This document shows positions 36,220-38,956 of a stretch of 38,956 nt of DNA, in pieces. The translations under genes were made by a program, and so were the position numbers. Source of the stretch: a bacterium (GTDB lineage: Bacteria; Hydrothermota; Tepidihabitantia; Tepidihabitantales; Tepidihabitantaceae); assembly GCA_046485285.1 (NCBI GenBank), contig JAWOHE010000100.1, positions 1 through 38,956 on the forward strand. The letters run 5' to 3'. The first letter of the stretch is position 1, and the number at the start of each line of letters is the position of its first letter. The notes under the pieces are model-generated. The model did no database searches, was not told the DNA's origin, and worked only from the letters and a program-made list of their open reading frames with translations.

Positions 36220-38631
36220 TCAATCCTCCAGGGGCGTCCGCACCGGGCCGCCCCGGTCGATCAGGCAGTCCAGCCGCCGGACTTCGAGGGTCCGGACTGC
36301 CGGTTCGGCAATCTCCGTGAGCCGCGCGAGCGCCGGGAACAGCCTGACCCCGGGCGCGATCACCAGCTCGAATTCCAGCGCGCCGCCGGGCAGCGGCGTC
36401 GCGGACCGGAAGCCCGGCACGAGCCGGGCCCGGTCGGCGATGCCGTCCGGCGCCACCCCGGCCGCGACGCGGTAGCGGCCGAGGTTGATCTCCTTGCCCA
36501 GCGTCGGCCGGTCGCGCGGGACGGCGCGGCCGGCCTCGAGCCCGAGACCGCGGGGCAGGAACGGCCCGAGGTCCCGGACGATGTCGCCCGAGTACCCGGC
36601 GACGAAGAAGACGTCGAAATACTCCGCGTTCGACGCCAGCCCGACCGGCAGCGGCGGGCCGAACGACAGCATCGGCTTCGGCGAGAAACCGTGGGTGTAG
36701 GCGACCGGCAGGCCGCTCCGGCGCAGGGACCGGTAGAGCGCCCGCACCCGGTCGAGATGCCCGGCCCAGCGGAACTCCTCGCCGACCGAGTGCCGCACGC
36801 GGAACCGCACCTTCGGGCCCGGCTCGGCCGCGGGCTGGAACCTGCGCCGGTAGGCACGCTCGACGGCGGACGAAGGCTCGGGCCGGGCCGGCGGCGTCGC
36901 GTCCGGGCAGACGCCGCAGCCCGTGCAGGCCGCGCCCGCGCAGTCCGGCGTCGGCTCACCCCGCCCGGCCCGCTCCCACTCCCGGCGCAGGTAGTCCGGG
37001 CTGACCCCGGTGTCGATTAAGTCCCACGCCAGCGGCTCCCCCGGGGCGCGGCCGGCGACGTGCGGCGCCGGGTCGACGCCGCACGACTCGAACGCCGCCT
37101 GCCAGCGGCTGAAGTCGAAATGCTCGCTCCACTCCTGGAACAGCCCGCCCGACCGGTAGACGTGCTCAATGACCGGGCCGAGCCGCTCGTCGCCGCGCGC
37201 GAGCACGGCCTGCAAGTACGAGCTCGCGGGGTCCTCCCACTTCGCCTTGACGTTGCGCCGGGCCAGCCGGCCCCGGACCCGGTCCAGCTTCGCCCGCAGC
37301 TCCTCGATGCCGGCGAACCCGGCCCACTGCAGGGGCGTGTGGGGCTTCGGCACGAACGGACTCAGGCTGTAGCGTACCGTCCGGCCCCGGCAGATCCGGG
37401 CGACCTCGTCGACGAACCGGACCATCTCGTCGAGGTCGGCGTCGGTTTCGGTCGGCAGGCCGAGCATGAAGTACAGCTTCACCCCGTTCCAGCCGCCGTC
37501 AATGGCGGTCCGGACCGCCTCGAGCGTCCGGAGCTCGGAGATGTTCTTGTTGACCAGCGCCTTCAGCCGCGGCGAGGCAGTCTCGGGCGCGAAGGTCAGC
37601 CCGGTCTTCTTCACCTCCTGCAGGTCGAAGGCGAGCTCGGCCGAGAAATCCTCCCCGCGGGTCGAGGGCAGCGAAATCGCGACCCGTCGGTCCCGGAACT
37701 GCGCGTTGAGCCGGCCGACCAGGCCCAGTAGGTCAGGGTAGTCGAGCGCGGACAGCGACAGCAGCGAAACCTCCTCCCAACCGCTCTCCCGGATGCCGCG
37801 CTCGGCCAGTCGCAGCACCTGCCCGGTGTCACGGAACCGCACCGGCCGGTTCAGCATCCCGGCCTGGCAGAACCGGCAGCCCCGGGTGCAGCCGCGGGCG
37901 ATCTCGAGCGTCAACCGGTCGTGGGTGACCTCGCAGACCGGCACCAGCGGCGGCAACGGGAAGTCCTCCTCGCGCAGCTCGGCGACCGCCCGGCGCCGGA
38001 CCGCGCCCGCGGCGCGCGGGCTGTGTCCGGGCACGTAGAGTCCCGGGATGCCGGCCAGCGCTGCCCGGAGCGCCTCGCGGTCGCGGCCGTCCCAGCCTGC
38101 CCGGACCCGGGTGATGTCGACGACCGCCTCCTCGCCGTCGCCGATGACGAACGCGTCGAAGAAGCCGGCAAGCGGCAGGGGATTCACCGTGCACGGCCCG
38201 CCGGCGATGACCAGCGGGTCCGTGGCCCCGCGCCGCTCCCGGACGAGCGGGATGCCGGCCAGCTCGAGCAGGTAGGGCACGTTGGTATAAGAGAGCTCGC
38301 TCTGCAGTGAAAGCCCGACGATGTCGAACGACCGCACCGGCCGCTTCGACTCGAGCGCGTAGAGCGGGATGCCCCGGCCGCGCAACAGCGCCCCGAAATC
38401 AGGCCACGGCGCATAGACCCGGTCACACAAGGCGCCCGTGGTCCGGTTGAGGATCGAGTAGAGAATCCTGAGGCCGTAGTTCGAGGTGCCGAGCTCGTAC
38501 ACCTCGGGCATCCCGAGCACCCACCGCACCATCCCGGGCGCCGGCTCCCGCGCCAGAGCGTTATACTCGGCGTTGGTGTAGCGAATCGGACGGGCGACGA
38601 GGGGTAGAACCTCGTTCAATCGGTCTGACAT
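36220..38631 (-). CDS. Radical SAM protein (TIGR03960-like) fused to a DUF2344/TIGR03936-like domain
   Basis: RGCTRGCRFC, GLTFAPE, KLYFMLGLP, FVPKPHTP; C-terminal HLD..R.LRRSGLPVAYTHGFSPKP..SFGPPLPVG. Confidence 0.92.
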   Translation of the reverse strand: MSDRLNEVLPLVARPIRYTNAEYNALAREPAPGMVRWVLGMPEVYELGTSNYGLRILYSILNRTTGALCDRVYAPWPDFGALLRGRGIPLYALESKRPVRSFDIVGLSLQSELSYTNVPYLLELAGIPLVRERRGATDPLVIAGGPCTVNPLPLAGFFDAFVIGDGEEAVVDITRVRAGWDGRDREALRAALAGIPGLYVPGHSPRAAGAVRRRAVAELREEDFPLPPLVPVCEVTHDRLTLEIARGCTRGCRFCQAGMLNRPVRFRDTGQVLRLAERGIRESGWEEVSLLSLSALDYPDLLGLVGRLNAQFRDRRVAISLPSTRGEDFSAELAFDLQEVKKTGLTFAPETASPRLKALVNKNISELRTLEAVRTAIDGGWNGVKLYFMLGLPTETDADLDEMVRFVDEVARICRGRTVRYSLSPFVPKPHTPLQWAGFAGIEELRAKLDRVRGRLARRNVKAKWEDPASSYLQAVLARGDERLGPVIEHVYRSGGLFQEWSEHFDFSRWQAAFESCGVDPAPHVAGRAPGEPLAWDLIDTGVSPDYLRREWERAGRGEPTPDCAGAACTGCGVCPDATPPARPEPSSAVERAYRRRFQPAAEPGPKVRFRVRHSVGEEFRWAGHLDRVRALYRSLRRSGLPVAYTHGFSPKPMLSFGPPLPVGLASNAEYFDVFFVAGYSGDIVRDLGPFLPRGLGLEAGRAVPRDRPTLGKEINLGRYRVAAGVAPDGIADRARLVPGFRSATPLPGGALEFELVIAPGVRLFPALARLTEIAEPAVRTLEVRRLDCLIDRGGPVRTPLED

Positions 38632-38641
38632 TCAGCGGGCA

Positions 38642-38669
38642 ATCGTAACACTCGCACCGGCCAAGTCAA
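38642..38669 (-). promoter_or_regulatory. Sigma70-type promoter of the radical SAM-rne operon
   Basis: TTGACT-N16-TACGAT, ATG 10 nt downstream, no SD. Confidence 0.6.
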
Positions 38670-38767
38670 GCTGCGCCAAGGCATCTTGACCGACGGCCGC
38701 AAGGCCCGGAGGGGTGGCTGCATCCTCGCAGTGCGGGCACTCACGCCGAGCGTGAAGTCTGGAATCG

Positions 38768-38956
38768 GGTAGTGTGCATTAATTCTGTTGAAAGCCGGGG
38801 CCGTTGCAGGCGATTGTCGGGCGGAGTCTGAGGTACGCGCCGGCGCGGAGCAGAATGGATTCCGGGGTGTTTGCCGTGCTGATCGCTCTCCGCAGGAGAT
38901 TGTGCATCGACTCCACCGCGTTGGTCGTGGTCGGCAGTGCCAGTTCCGGGTGGCGC
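38768..38956 (-). mobile_element. End of an IS256/Mutator-like element: transposase C-terminus (38779-38955) and probable terminal inverted repeat
   Basis: Reading frame RHPELALPTTTNAVESMHNLLRRA...GFQQN* has a T-N-x-x-E motif. The stop lies within a GGTAGTGTGCATTAATT end sequence. Confidence 0.6.

Noticed and set aside
38690-38760. Small hairpins (GGCC-GCAA-GGCC, TCACGC-CGA-GCGTGA) as a possible ncRNA
   Set aside because: Short stems are expected by chance at this GC content; no promoter or family motif.
1-38956. tRNA or rRNA genes
   Set aside because: No cloverleaf/T-loop or rRNA signature was seen in the intergenic regions.

Overview
High-GC bacterial DNA, mostly from one anaerobe. The secreted beta-propeller proteins with FlgD-Ig/T9SS-like tails, TonB and a class III RNR suggest a diderm, candidate-division WOR-3-like organism; this is inference only. 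The left end looks chimeric: a lower-GC fragment (class V aminotransferase and a truncated P-loop gene) is joined at a TCGA site (1011-1014) to a 3'-truncated kaiC. The rest holds a DrrA-type ABC exporter, a methyltransferase, a LapA-like protein, mgtE, an HTH gene next to a 17 x 12-bp repeat array, and two secreted propeller proteins. It also holds an ECF sigma / anti-sigma-TonB_C / TonB / DUF6569 cluster, an isolated rplR-rpsE-rpmD-rplO-secY block, ddl, nfnAB-like genes, two glutamate-type dehydrogenases, a sigma54 two-component system, thiL, nrdR-nrdD, DUF167, an Rne/Rng nuclease, a radical SAM fusion and the end of an IS256-like element. The most interesting signals are: (1) a leader-peptide plus alternative-hairpin switch over the mgtE RBS; (2) an ECF regulon with a repeated GGAATA-N17-GTA promoter and a TonB_C-tipped anti-sigma; (3) a sigma54-driven twin 4-Cys protein plus dehydrogenase module; (4) the HTH/repeat-array cassette; (5) recurrent 16-bp-spacer, often leaderless, sigma70-type promoters. 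All calls are by eye; no searches were run.
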